Shown: piece by piece, positions 37,715-47,268 of the stretch
How the letters are laid out: each line of letters begins with the position of its first letter
Numbering within the stretch: position 1 is the first letter of the stretch
Assembly (NCBI GenBank): GCA_016839815.1
Contig: JAEOTM010000076.1
Span: 1-64,000 of the forward strand
DNA from: Candidatus Hodarchaeota archaeon
GTDB lineage: Archaea > Asgardarchaeota > Heimdallarchaeia > Hodarchaeales > Hodarchaeaceae
Reading direction: 5' to 3'
DNA length: 64,000 bases
The notes under the pieces: model-generated
Told to the model about the DNA's origin: nothing
The model's input: only the letters and a program-made list of their open reading frames with translations
The model's database searches: none
Program-made: the position numbers and the translations under genes

Positions 37715-38581
37715 ATGCAGTTTATTGATTTGGTGTCATTCCCAGTGAAGGAAGTAGATTATGAGAAAATATCTCCCGAGGAACTTGAGGTATTTGGTTT
37801 ATCAAGTTATGAGTCTCGGGTTTACCTTTCTTTATTATCTTCAGGTATTCGAACGGCAAAGAACATTTCTAGCGATTCAAAAATTCCGTTTGGAAGGGTT
37901 TATGATGTTTTGAGTTCTTTAGAAGATAAAGGGCTTGTCGAAAAACAGGAATCTCGGCCTAAGAAATTTATTGCTAAGGATCCAAAATCAGCACTAAATA
38001 ATCTCTTAAACATTAAGAATTCAGAATTAGAATCTATAACTCAAAAAGCTGTTCTCGTTGAAGAAAAACTTTCACTACTACACACAGTTAAACCAGAAGA
38101 GAGCTTATTTTGGAGTGTTGCCCTAGGTGAGAAAGCAATAGGCCAATATATTGAAAAAATAGGAGAAGCAAAAAAAGAACTAAATACTATTCTCAATCTT
38201 CGTGTCGCGTCTCGTATGCCACGAAAGGATATTATTATGGCTCTAATCGATACGATTACGCAGTTAAACGTGAGGGGAGTTTCGAATAGAATTTTATTAA
38301 GTGGTGTAACCCCTGGTAGTTTGGAAGAAGAGTATATGGCTTCCATCGCGAAATTCTTTGATGTATTTGATCGGAAAGTTGTCAGATATTGCTTGAAATG
38401 TACAACCGCTTTTGATATTATTGACAATGAAAAGGTCATTGTCAAGGTAATGAATCCAGTAAAGCCCGATGAGTTTTTTGCTTGGATATTTGTTTGGCAG
38501 AAGAAGTTTGCTGAGGAATTAAAACCCAAATTTGACGAAATGTGGTCAAACGCAAAAGAGTTACGTATTGAACTGAGATAA
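37715..38581 (+). CDS. TrmB-family transcriptional regulator
   Basis: FGLS.YE..VY..LL, S.IP.GRVYDVL.SL..KGLV....SRPK.F; C-terminal PLD-like effector domain. Confidence 0.9.
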   Translation: MQFIDLVSFPVKEVDYEKISPEELEVFGLSSYESRVYLSLLSSGIRTAKNISSDSKIPFGRVYDVLSSLEDKGLVEKQESRPKKFIAKDPKSALNNLLNIKNSELESITQKAVLVEEKLSLLHTVKPEESLFWSVALGEKAIGQYIEKIGEAKKELNTILNLRVASRMPRKDIIMALIDTITQLNVRGVSNRILLSGVTPGSLEEEYMASIAKFFDVFDRKVVRYCLKCTTAFDIIDNEKVIVKVMNPVKPDEFFAWIFVWQKKFAEELKPKFDEMWSNAKELRIELR

Positions 38582-38587
38582 GCAATT

Positions 38588-38971
38588 TCAAATTATTAAA
38601 AGAATTACTGAAATCAGGGAAATTGTGCTCCATAACGCGAACGCGTCTTTTTTTCGAAATTTTCCATATTCTAGTAAACCATTTAGGAATATTAGTGTCG
38701 TACCAACTATAAATAGTTGAGGTATGAATAATATTGATACAAGTGAAATAGAAAGAAGTAAAAATCCGAGTACAAGCATTTGAATCACTTTATGGCGGAC
38801 AATCTGATCATTAACTTGAGAAGGAAGTTCTTTTCCGTGCTGTCTTCTAGGGAGGTTCCAGTTGTTTGTAAGAAGATAAAAAGCGTTTGTAAACAATTCA
38901 AAAAAACCAAACACAAATCCAAAAAGTCCTATACTCACACCCTGTAAAAGAGATAACTGGAATTCCGTCAT
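38588..38971 (-). CDS. Small membrane protein
   Basis: About 4 TMs; QHGKELP motif. Confidence 0.65.
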   Translation of the reverse strand: MTEFQLSLLQGVSIGLFGFVFGFFELFTNAFYLLTNNWNLPRRQHGKELPSQVNDQIVRHKVIQMLVLGFLLLSISLVSILFIPQLFIVGTTLIFLNGLLEYGKFRKKDAFALWSTISLISVILLII

Positions 38972-39073
38972 TAGTTTTCACTTAGTAGAAATTATTCTTG
39001 ATCTACATTCATATTTCCAATTCTCTTTAATACCTCCCGAACTTTCTAGCTTAGATATCTCACAGAGTTTTAA

Positions 39074-39148
39074 CTACCAAGAGAGTTCTCTGCCCTGTCA
39101 ATCAAGAAATTTTCCGCTATCGTTTAATTCTAAGGAGTCATTAGCGTC
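39074..39148 (-). pseudogene. Remnant resembling the C-terminus of a short-chain dehydrogenase
   Basis: Reads DANDSLELNDSGKFLD*QGRELSW*, like the DSGKF.DW.G..LPW end of CsgA/sniffer-type SDRs, with TGA at the Trp position. Confidence 0.35.
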
Positions 39149-39168
39149 CTAAATTATCTATTTCTGCA

Positions 39169-39576
39169 TTATGAGGTAAATTGTACAATTTCGTGCACAT
39201 TTCCAAAAGGATCTGTAAACGCATTAAAAAGGCCAGCAGGGAACTCTAACATATCATTGTAGATAAATTGAACACCTTTCGCCTTAAGTTCTTCCATTGT
39301 TTTTTTTAACTCATCTGTTTTGAAAATAATAATGGATTGAGCTTGATTGGGATAATCAATGACTGTCTCCTTTTCCACTTGATATAATAGTAGCCTTATA
39401 TCTCCTTTTTGAACCAGATCAACTGCTCTTGGAGGATAATGATGCTCTTTTGAGAGTTCAAAACCCAGAATCTCTGTATACCATAGAATTGCCTCATCCA
39501 TATCTGTCACATTAATTTGATTCATAGCAATTTCTAGCTTCAAATTGAATACCACTCCATTCCTGTATAGAATCAA
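39169..39576 (-). CDS. VOC/glyoxalase-family protein
   Basis: NVTDMDEA..WY..ILGF, LKAKGV.F, FTDPFGN..E. Confidence 0.85.
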   Translation of the reverse strand: MILYRNGVVFNLKLEIAMNQINVTDMDEAILWYTEILGFELSKEHHYPPRAVDLVQKGDIRLLLYQVEKETVIDYPNQAQSIIIFKTDELKKTMEELKAKGVQFIYNDMLEFPAGLFNAFTDPFGNVHEIVQFTS

Positions 39577-39755
39577 TGAATGTTTTTTGGAAACCCCATT
39601 AAAAAATTTTTGATCTCCACAATCTTTTATTCCTATATCGTAAGTCTGTTAGTATAAATCGCATAATTCTTTTCTTTCAATTTCACACACAGTATTTAAT
39701 CTTCAATTATGTCTTGTTATACAATTTAAAATTAATTTTGTTTAAATTCAGTTCT

Positions 39756-40442
39756 TTAGTTAAGATTAACTATTCTATAACGCCAGATACCATAACTCTG
39801 GATCAAAAAACACAAAAGAAGACTGTAAACAACAACTTTCTGCATAGTAACCCGAATAAGGAGGTCATTGTAGGTGATAATTTCAGGGATTAGAAAGAAC
39901 AATCCACCATAAGCAAGTATGACAATAATCAGGAGTATATATGTCAGAGTGTAAAACTTTGAAAACTTAGGATCATTTAATGTTAGGACGAGTAATAATC
40001 CGAGTAGTATTGCTACTAATGAGAATCCCGTGACCACTAGTGCATCGTGAATAGGTGCAACTAAGTTTGCAGGGGTAACAGCCACTCCCATAAAGGTAAA
40101 AGCTGCTATAGTACCGATGTTTGCAATGATTTTACCCAATTTTTCTTCCATTTCATTTTGGTTAAAAATTTCTGGGATTATACGAAAATAAGCTAGAAAT
40201 GTAACCCCCAGTCCAGTAAGAGCAAGAACGAATAATATCACAGATACTAGATTCCCCTCCCTAGAATAGGTAGTGGTTCTCCCTAGATCACTTAAAAAAT
40301 TCGTAAAAAAATTATAACCCTCAGTTGTTTTATCAATTCTCGTTCCCCCTGTATAGAACATCATTGCTATAATTGTCAAAATTACAAATTGGAGAGTTCC
40401 AATAACAATTACAGGAAAGATCTGTTTTTTCTCAAGATACAA
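39756..40442 (-). CDS. DUF998-like membrane protein
   Basis: Y.GG......GY.F..NFLSDLG, multiple TMs, H in PIHD, MQK. Confidence 0.65.
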   Translation of the reverse strand: MYLEKKQIFPVIVIGTLQFVILTIIAMMFYTGGTRIDKTTEGYNFFTNFLSDLGRTTTYSREGNLVSVILFVLALTGLGVTFLAYFRIIPEIFNQNEMEEKLGKIIANIGTIAAFTFMGVAVTPANLVAPIHDALVVTGFSLVAILLGLLLVLTLNDPKFSKFYTLTYILLIIVILAYGGLFFLIPEIITYNDLLIRVTMQKVVVYSLLLCFLIQSYGIWRYRIVNLN

Positions 40443-40539
40443 TGTGCTACCTCTAGTGTAGTTGTTACCTAAATCCTTTTTTACATATTTGTATTGAGGA
40501 AAAATCTGTATATCCTATCAAAATAAAGGATTCCTAGTA

Positions 40540-41325
40540 ATGTTAGGTCGATGGTTAGAAACTAATTTCGAGAATGTTCACTATAATCTCGCTCTGGAAC
40601 ATGCAATTCTGTTTCTCTCATCTCAAAATGATTTTTCTGCCACCGTTCGTGTGTGGACAAATCCTAAAGCTGTTATTCTAGGACGGAGTCAACAAATTAG
40701 TGAGGAAGTAGATTTAACTTATTGTTCAGAAAATGAAATCACGATAGGCCGTCGAATATCAGGAGGGGGGACAGTTTATCATGATTTGGGCAATATTAAC
40801 TTATCGATTTTTTTACCAAAAACAAAACTATTCCCAAAAGCACGAGATGTTAAATCTATTTCGAGAATGTTTTCAGAACTCATAATTAATCAATTGAAAC
40901 TAGAATTAAAGACTGGAACATTTTCTATCTATAACGAAAATTCGATTCTGTATAATCAAAAGAAGTTCTCAGGATCTGCAGGGTATTTCCGGAGTGATTG
41001 GTTCCTTCATCATTTTACTCTTCTCTTCGAGACAAATCAAATTCATTTAAATCATGTTCTCCGGGCTGGAAGAAGTGATTATTCAAGCAAAAGGCCTAGT
41101 AGCTTTATTCCAACAGCTAATTTACCTCCTTTATCCAAATCTAATCTGATAAAAAGCATCATCGATCAGTTGGAAAACACTTTCGATGTAGTATTCGAAT
41201 TTAAACCATTAACAGAGTCAGAAATCCAATTAGCTACTCGTCTCGCCAATGAAATGTATTCCCAAAAATCATGGATCTGGAATAAAAAAAGAAGGTTAAT
41301 TGAAGAAAGGTTTTCTCCGAGTTAG
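40540..41325 (+). CDS. lplA: Lipoate-protein ligase A, catalytic domain only
   Basis: NLALE, RRISGGGTVYHDLGN, KFSGSA; adjacent to the 2-oxoacid dehydrogenase operon. Confidence 0.9.
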   Translation: MLGRWLETNFENVHYNLALEHAILFLSSQNDFSATVRVWTNPKAVILGRSQQISEEVDLTYCSENEITIGRRISGGGTVYHDLGNINLSIFLPKTKLFPKARDVKSISRMFSELIINQLKLELKTGTFSIYNENSILYNQKKFSGSAGYFRSDWFLHHFTLLFETNQIHLNHVLRAGRSDYSSKRPSSFIPTANLPPLSKSNLIKSIIDQLENTFDVVFEFKPLTESEIQLATRLANEMYSQKSWIWNKKRRLIEERFSPS

Positions 41326-41332
41326 TTAATTT

Positions 41333-42760
41333 TTATTTTTTTTTTCTAACAAGAGTTACTTGATGGATAGCCTTGTCTAAAGCTGCGTCAGCAGCTTCCA
41401 TAATCATTTCAGGAAGAGTGGGATGAGGATGTACAGTAAGACTTAAGTCTTCAAGCGTCGCGCCCATTTCAAGAGCTAGTGCGATTTCGGAAATTTGATC
41501 TGATGCATCTGGTCCGACAATCTGGACACCAAGTAGTTGATTGGTAGTTCTATCAGCGACAACCTTAACGTATCCATCTTCAACTAACTGGGTCATCGCT
41601 CTCGCAGAGGTACCAAACGCAGCTCTTCCAGTAATAACATCGAAACCAGCATCTTTTGCTTGTTTTTCCGTAAGTCCTGCATACGAGATCTCGGGTTCTG
41701 TGAAAATTGCCACTGGGATAGTTTGAAAATCACTTTCAGAAGGTAAACCATTGAGTACCTCTGCAGCTATGATTCCTTGCTTTGTTGCACGGTGAGCTAA
41801 GAATGGTGGACCTGTACAATCTCCCACAGCATAGATTCCTTGAATTGAGGTCTGTTGTTTTTCATTTACAACAATATAACCTTTATTATCTATTTTTAAA
41901 TTGAGAACTGATAGATTCAGATCCTCTATCTGAGCTTTTTTCCCTACTGCTAAGAGCACTTTATCCACTGTAATCTTTTTCTTCTCACTTTTTGTTTCAA
42001 TCTCAACTGATAGTTTTCCATTTTTCTGTGGCGAATAACCTTTAGAAGTCGCAGAAGTGAATATCGATACTCCTAATTGTTTTATCTTTGCGCTTATTAA
42101 TCGTTTGATTGGGAGATCGACCCCTGGTAATATTTCAGGTAATAACTCTACAATAGTTACTATAGACCCAAGTTTTGCAAACAATGTTCCTAATTCGAGT
42201 CCAATCACTCCTCCTCCAATAATGAGTAGATTACCGGGAATTTCCTTTACTGATAATAATCCTTTTGCGCTGAGTATCTTCTTCTCATCAATTTTAAAAT
42301 TAGGAAGAGAAATAAACGTTGTTCCAGTTGCCAGAATCACCTCAGAGTATTTTACTGTATTCTTAGTTCCATCTTCATTTGTAACTGTTACTTCACCATG
42401 TTTCTCGAATTTTGCTGTTCCTAAGACCGTTGTTACACCATTTCTTGTAAGTAACTGCTTGATTCCATTAATTAATTTTGTTTGAATTCCCGTTTTCCAT
42501 GCTTGGAGTGTGGTGAAATCTAATTCAACCTCTTTTACCCTAATACCCATCTTGGGAGCGTCATACTTCAATTTATGAAAGAATTTAGCCGCAGAAATCA
42601 ATGCCTTGCTTGGGATACATCCCCAATTTAGACATTCTCCTCCAATGTATTCTTTCTCTACAATTACCACTTTTTTTCCTAATTGGGCTGATCTTATTGC
42701 CGCTGGATATCCTCCAGGACCAGATCCTATTACAAGTACATCTGTTTCTATCAAATTCAT
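41333..42760 (-). CDS. lpdA: Dihydrolipoyl dehydrogenase (E3)
   Basis: GSGPGGY, GGECLNWGCIPSK, GGGVIGLE, HPHPTLPE. Confidence 0.97.
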   Translation of the reverse strand: MNLIETDVLVIGSGPGGYPAAIRSAQLGKKVVIVEKEYIGGECLNWGCIPSKALISAAKFFHKLKYDAPKMGIRVKEVELDFTTLQAWKTGIQTKLINGIKQLLTRNGVTTVLGTAKFEKHGEVTVTNEDGTKNTVKYSEVILATGTTFISLPNFKIDEKKILSAKGLLSVKEIPGNLLIIGGGVIGLELGTLFAKLGSIVTIVELLPEILPGVDLPIKRLISAKIKQLGVSIFTSATSKGYSPQKNGKLSVEIETKSEKKKITVDKVLLAVGKKAQIEDLNLSVLNLKIDNKGYIVVNEKQQTSIQGIYAVGDCTGPPFLAHRATKQGIIAAEVLNGLPSESDFQTIPVAIFTEPEISYAGLTEKQAKDAGFDVITGRAAFGTSARAMTQLVEDGYVKVVADRTTNQLLGVQIVGPDASDQISEIALALEMGATLEDLSLTVHPHPTLPEMIMEAADAALDKAIHQVTLVRKKK

Positions 42761-44020
42761 TTAAAATTCCTCATTTAGGAGTAATAGCGCTGGATTCTCC
42801 ATATACTTGATTAATTCATTCGTAAACATTGCTCCAACTGCCCCATCAACTACTCTATGATCAATCGTAAGGGACAACATCATTATTTTTCGAATAGCAA
42901 TTTCTGGCTTTCCATTTTGTTCAATTACAACCGGTCGTAATTTACTACGCATCAATCCTAGAATCGCCACCTCTGGCCACCGAATAATTGGAGTAGCTGC
43001 AAATCCACCAATATTACCAACAGAAGTTATTGTAATTGTACCCCCAGTTACATCATCTAAAGTAAGTGAATTATTCCGTGCTTTATCTGCTAGGATCTGA
43101 ACTTCCTGTACTAGTTCCCAGATACTTTTTTGATCTACATTCTTAATTACAGGGACAATTAATCCCTCGTCTGTATTTACAGCAATACCTATATTTATCG
43201 ATCCTTTCAAAACTATTTCTCCAGCATCATCTTCAAGTGTAGAATTTAAATGTGGAAATTTACGTAATGCTGGGACTAAACATTTAATGACTAATGGAAT
43301 ATAGGTGAGTTTAACTCCATATTGCTCCGCTAGAGGCTTTGCATCCTGACGAAGGGCTTCTAATGCACTCATATCGACTTCTTCGAAATAAGTATAATGA
43401 GCGGCAGTATCTTTTGAATTTCTCATTGCTTTAGCAATATTTCGTCGTAACCCCCGTATTGGAATTCTCTGGTCCTCTCTTGATATGATTCCTTTACTTT
43501 TCCGAGTCCAAGGAATTGTTGAAGATTGTTTTTCTGTAAAATTGTTGAAATCTTGATGTGTAATTCTTCCTGCTGGACCTGTACCTTTTACTTCATTTAA
43601 GTTTATACTTAGCTCTCGTGCTTGTTGTCTTATTGAGGGAGCCGCAAGTGGTTTTTCTGATCTTAAATATCCTTCACTCTTCGACGATTTTATTTGTTTA
43701 AATGGTTTAGCAGCCGTGAAAAGCGAATCATCTTCTTCAGATGGTTCATCAATGTCAGTAGGTGAATCTGAGTTTTTCTCCTTTACAGGCTCGATTGTTA
43801 CCAATACTGCCCCAACTCTTACGATATCTCCTTCCTGATATTCCAACGTTAGTATTTTCCCGTTTATTGGTGAGGCCAGTTCTACAGTCACTTTCTCCGT
43901 CATTACTTCAACCAGAAGCTGTTCATTCTTGACTATTTCACCAGCTTTCACATGCCACTGTAATATCTCTCCTTCATGGACTCCTTCCCCTGGATCTGCA
44001 AACTTGAATTCATATGTCAT
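42761..44020 (-). CDS. pdhC: 2-oxoacid dehydrogenase E2 acyltransferase
   Basis: Single lipoyl domain (EVMTEKV), PSBD (A.PS.R..ARE...GTGP.GRI), catalytic DHRVVDG. Confidence 0.9.
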   Translation of the reverse strand: MTYEFKFADPGEGVHEGEILQWHVKAGEIVKNEQLLVEVMTEKVTVELASPINGKILTLEYQEGDIVRVGAVLVTIEPVKEKNSDSPTDIDEPSEEDDSLFTAAKPFKQIKSSKSEGYLRSEKPLAAPSIRQQARELSINLNEVKGTGPAGRITHQDFNNFTEKQSSTIPWTRKSKGIISREDQRIPIRGLRRNIAKAMRNSKDTAAHYTYFEEVDMSALEALRQDAKPLAEQYGVKLTYIPLVIKCLVPALRKFPHLNSTLEDDAGEIVLKGSINIGIAVNTDEGLIVPVIKNVDQKSIWELVQEVQILADKARNNSLTLDDVTGGTITITSVGNIGGFAATPIIRWPEVAILGLMRSKLRPVVIEQNGKPEIAIRKIMMLSLTIDHRVVDGAVGAMFTNELIKYMENPALLLLNEEF

Positions 44021-44039
44021 TATATCTCACTCCTTGTTT

Positions 44040-45020
44040 TCAAAAATTATACACCTTAACAATGGTATCTACCGTCCTTTTAGCTGTTGGAAGATATTCC
44101 TGCTCTAGAGCTAATGGAAAAGGTGTGTCATACCCTGTAACTCGCATGATTGGGCCTTCCATGTACTCAATCCATCTTTCAGCTACTAATGCTGATAATT
44201 CCGCACTAAAACCGCTCGTTTTAGGAGCTTCAGTAACAGATATCATACGACCAGTTTTCTTTACGGTTTTCTCTATCGTTTCAAGATCTAAGGGAACTAG
44301 AGTACGTAAATCAATAACTTCACATTCAATTTGATGTTCTTTGGAAGCAAGTTCCGCTGCTTCTAATGCAACATGGAGCATAGCCCCATAAGCAAGGACT
44401 GAGACATCGTTCCCCTCCCGAGCCACTCTTGCTTTTCCTAATGGAATTGTGTAATCTCCTACAGGGACTTCTTCCTTAAATGCACGGTATAGTCGCTTAG
44501 GTTCAAGAAACAGGACAGGATCTTGTTCACGCATTGCCGTGGTTAGTAATCCTTTAGCCTGGTATGGTGAACTGGGTATTACAACTTTTAATCCAGGTGT
44601 ATGTGTAAAATATGCTTCAGGAGACTGACTATGATAATGTGCTCCACGGACTCCACCTCCGTATGGAGAACGAATAACCATTGGCGAAGTAAACATTCCT
44701 CCACTTCGGTAACGAAATTTTGCAGCTTCAGATATTAATTGGTCAAATCCAGGGTATATAAAATCCACAAATTGAATCTCAGCAACAGGCATTAATCCCA
44801 TTAATGCCATTCCAATTGCAAACCCAATAATCCCATTTTCCGATAATGGGGTGTCTAATATTCGTTTTGACCCGTATTTTTCAAGAAGGCCCTGAGTTGC
44901 CCGAAAAACACCGCCATTCGGTCCAATATCTTCACCTAAAATTATCAACTTGCTATTTCGTTGTAATTCTTCGTCTAATGCCAATCGAACTGACTCAACT
45001 AAGGTTAGTTCTGGCATCAA
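44040..45020 (-). CDS. pdhB: 2-oxoacid dehydrogenase E1 beta subunit
   Basis: GEDIG..GGVFRAT.GL, DTPLSE, EIQF.DF, HSQSPE, FLEPK, IDLRTL.P. Confidence 0.92.
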   Translation of the reverse strand: MMPELTLVESVRLALDEELQRNSKLIILGEDIGPNGGVFRATQGLLEKYGSKRILDTPLSENGIIGFAIGMALMGLMPVAEIQFVDFIYPGFDQLISEAAKFRYRSGGMFTSPMVIRSPYGGGVRGAHYHSQSPEAYFTHTPGLKVVIPSSPYQAKGLLTTAMREQDPVLFLEPKRLYRAFKEEVPVGDYTIPLGKARVAREGNDVSVLAYGAMLHVALEAAELASKEHQIECEVIDLRTLVPLDLETIEKTVKKTGRMISVTEAPKTSGFSAELSALVAERWIEYMEGPIMRVTGYDTPFPLALEQEYLPTAKRTVDTIVKVYNF

Positions 45021-46108
45021 TCATTCATCCTCTGTAAAGCACTGAGTTCTTCAAATTGTTCCCTTAAATGCCAAGGTTGATCACTATACACATCGGTAAA
45101 TAATGTTTCTAAGGATGGAGGAGGCAGTTTTTCTGCTTTGGTTATTAGTTCATTAATTTCAGTATCATATGAGGAACGAATTTCCTCTACTCGATTATCA
45201 GAAATTATACCTTTCTTGAGCAAATAATTTTCAAAACGCTTAATAGGATCTAATTTCTGCCAAGTTGCGAGTTCTTTCTTTGGTCTATAACGTGTTGGGT
45301 CATCCGATGAAGTATGCGGTCCTGCGCGATATGTCACTGCTTCTATGAATGTTGGCCCATTTCCCATCCTAGCTTGTTTAACGGCATCTTTCACAGCTGT
45401 ATAGACAGCTAAAATATCGTTCCCATCAATTCGAATACCTGGAATACCATAACCCAGAGCTTTATCAACTAAGGAGGAAGCACCAGTCTGTTTAGATAAT
45501 GGAACTGAAATTGCCCACTGATTATTTTGACAAAAGAATATTGTTGGCGTTTTAAATACAGCACCAAAATTCATTCCCGCATGAAAATCACTTGAAGAGG
45601 TAGCTCCATCACCAAAAAAGACTATATTCACAGCTTTTTCTGATAAAAATTTGTTCGCAAATCCTGCTCCAGCAGCTTGAATAATTTGAGTCCCAATCGG
45701 TGCTGAAGGATTAACATAACGATGTTCTTTAGAACCAAAAAGTCCTGGTAATCGTCGTCCTTTTTGAGGATCCTCTTCATTCACAAACCAGTGATTGATT
45801 AGGTCAAATAGAGGTAATCCACGATAGAAGGCCATTCCAGGTTCTCGATAAGCAGGAAATATCCAATCTTCAGGATTCAATGCTGCTACTGCTCCAATTT
45901 GAGTAGCCTCCTGTCCAGTACTTGGTATGCTAAAGCTTATTCTTCCTTGACGCTGTAAACGCATACCTTTTTCATCTAAAAGACGGACTAGGATCATGTA
46001 CTGTAGCATTTTTACTAATTCTTTCTCAGGAATATCGGGTTCTAGCTCAGAATTAACCTTACCCGAAGAATCCAATATTTGCATCAAATTCATGGTAATG
46101 TCCCTCAA
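45017..46108 (-). CDS. pdhA: 2-oxoacid dehydrogenase E1 alpha subunit (pyruvate or branched-chain)
   Basis: RQGRI, GQEA, TPP motif GDGATS...CQNN, YRAGPHTSSDDP..YR. Confidence 0.92.
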   Translation of the reverse strand: MRDITMNLMQILDSSGKVNSELEPDIPEKELVKMLQYMILVRLLDEKGMRLQRQGRISFSIPSTGQEATQIGAVAALNPEDWIFPAYREPGMAFYRGLPLFDLINHWFVNEEDPQKGRRLPGLFGSKEHRYVNPSAPIGTQIIQAAGAGFANKFLSEKAVNIVFFGDGATSSSDFHAGMNFGAVFKTPTIFFCQNNQWAISVPLSKQTGASSLVDKALGYGIPGIRIDGNDILAVYTAVKDAVKQARMGNGPTFIEAVTYRAGPHTSSDDPTRYRPKKELATWQKLDPIKRFENYLLKKGIISDNRVEEIRSSYDTEINELITKAEKLPPPSLETLFTDVYSDQPWHLREQFEELSALQRMND

Positions 46109-46296
46109 GAGGTCTGGATTATCAAATGTTAATAATTCTTCATTGGGGTTTTTCGTAAAAAATAGGCATCATATAACGAGTTTTTCTTTTTCGTAATTAA
46201 AAGATCTTAAACAAATGCTTAAACAATCCAAATTAAGGAATAGGAATTTAAACCCTTAATGATTACTAGTGAATCACTTCTCTACTAATTGGTGTA

Positions 46297-46488
46297 TTGA
46301 TTTTGGTCCATTCAAATAAAAATAATCCCCTAAAGACTGATTTAGCTATTCTGGAACGGTTTTCAAGTGATGAGCTTTGGCTACTTTTCGTAGAAAAGAA
46401 ATGTCAAGAATGTAACATACCTGAGGAAGAATGCGATAGCCTGAAGGCACAAAACTGTCGTAATGAGTGGATCAGAGGATGCGATTAA
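46297..46488 (+). CDS. Small Cys-rich hypothetical protein
   Basis: 63-aa ORF filling the gap between pdhA and rpiA; CQEC...C...C...C. Confidence 0.5.
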   Translation: MILVHSNKNNPLKTDLAILERFSSDELWLLFVEKKCQECNIPEEECDSLKAQNCRNEWIRGCD

Positions 46489-46515
46489 AGCCCCGATGCA
46501 AAATCATCAATATAA

Positions 46516-47220
46516 TTAGCTTAAAATTTTAACAGTCCCATCCTCTTGCCCAATATAAGCCTTATCCACCATGTTGACAAACAATCCAGAGTCTACCACC
46601 CCAATCATTGATTTCAGCTTAGTACTTAGCTTTTTTGGGTCAATTATTTTTCCAAAATTAACATCCAATATGAAATTTCCATTATCGGTTATTAAAGGAC
46701 CAATTTTTGCCTTTCCTTCTCTTAATTTCACCTTTCCTCCCATTTCTTTCAATCTTTGAGTAAGGGGAATCTGGGCTTTAGCAATAATCTCGATTGGAAC
46801 TCCTTTTTTCCAAGACTCACCCAGTGTCATAGAGACCTTTTTCCAATCACCAATGATCACAAGCTTTATTGAATTATCAGCGACAATCTTTTCCTGAACT
46901 AAACATCCTCCACCTCCCTTGATCGCAGTTAAATCAAGTGTAATTTCATCTACGCCATCAATTGTTACATCAACATGAGGATGTTGGTCTAATGATCCTA
47001 GGGGAAGATGATTGTTGATAATCAATGCTTCAGCCTGATAAGAAGTAGGAATACATACAATATTCCAGTCATTCTTCTCAACCATGGCTGCTATCTCTTT
47101 AACAGCGTAAACAATTGTGGAACCACTGCCAATTCCTACTATCATTTCATCATGAACATTTTCGATAACTGCTAATTTTGCGGCCTCTTGTTTGGCACGT
47201 TCTACAGGTGAAAGAGTCAT
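46516..47220 (-). CDS. rpiA: Ribose-5-phosphate isomerase A
   Basis: GIGSGST, DG.DE, IKGGGG....EK, G...TDNGN.I.D, GVV..GLF. Confidence 0.95.
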   Translation of the reverse strand: MTLSPVERAKQEAAKLAVIENVHDEMIVGIGSGSTIVYAVKEIAAMVEKNDWNIVCIPTSYQAEALIINNHLPLGSLDQHPHVDVTIDGVDEITLDLTAIKGGGGCLVQEKIVADNSIKLVIIGDWKKVSMTLGESWKKGVPIEIIAKAQIPLTQRLKEMGGKVKLREGKAKIGPLITDNGNFILDVNFGKIIDPKKLSTKLKSMIGVVDSGLFVNMVDKAYIGQEDGTVKILS

Positions 47221-47268
47221 GTAATGTCCTCCAAAGGAGTTAAGCTCCTAACGTAATGCAATCTTAAG

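Noticed and set aside
4399-39100. TGA at apparent Trp positions (4399 and 39098) suggesting UGA=Trp recoding
   Set aside because: Dozens of long conserved genes are uninterrupted and use TGG, and TGA is a real stop in coupled overlaps (30827-30830, 45017-45019, 54565-54568). Nonsense mutations are the simpler explanation.
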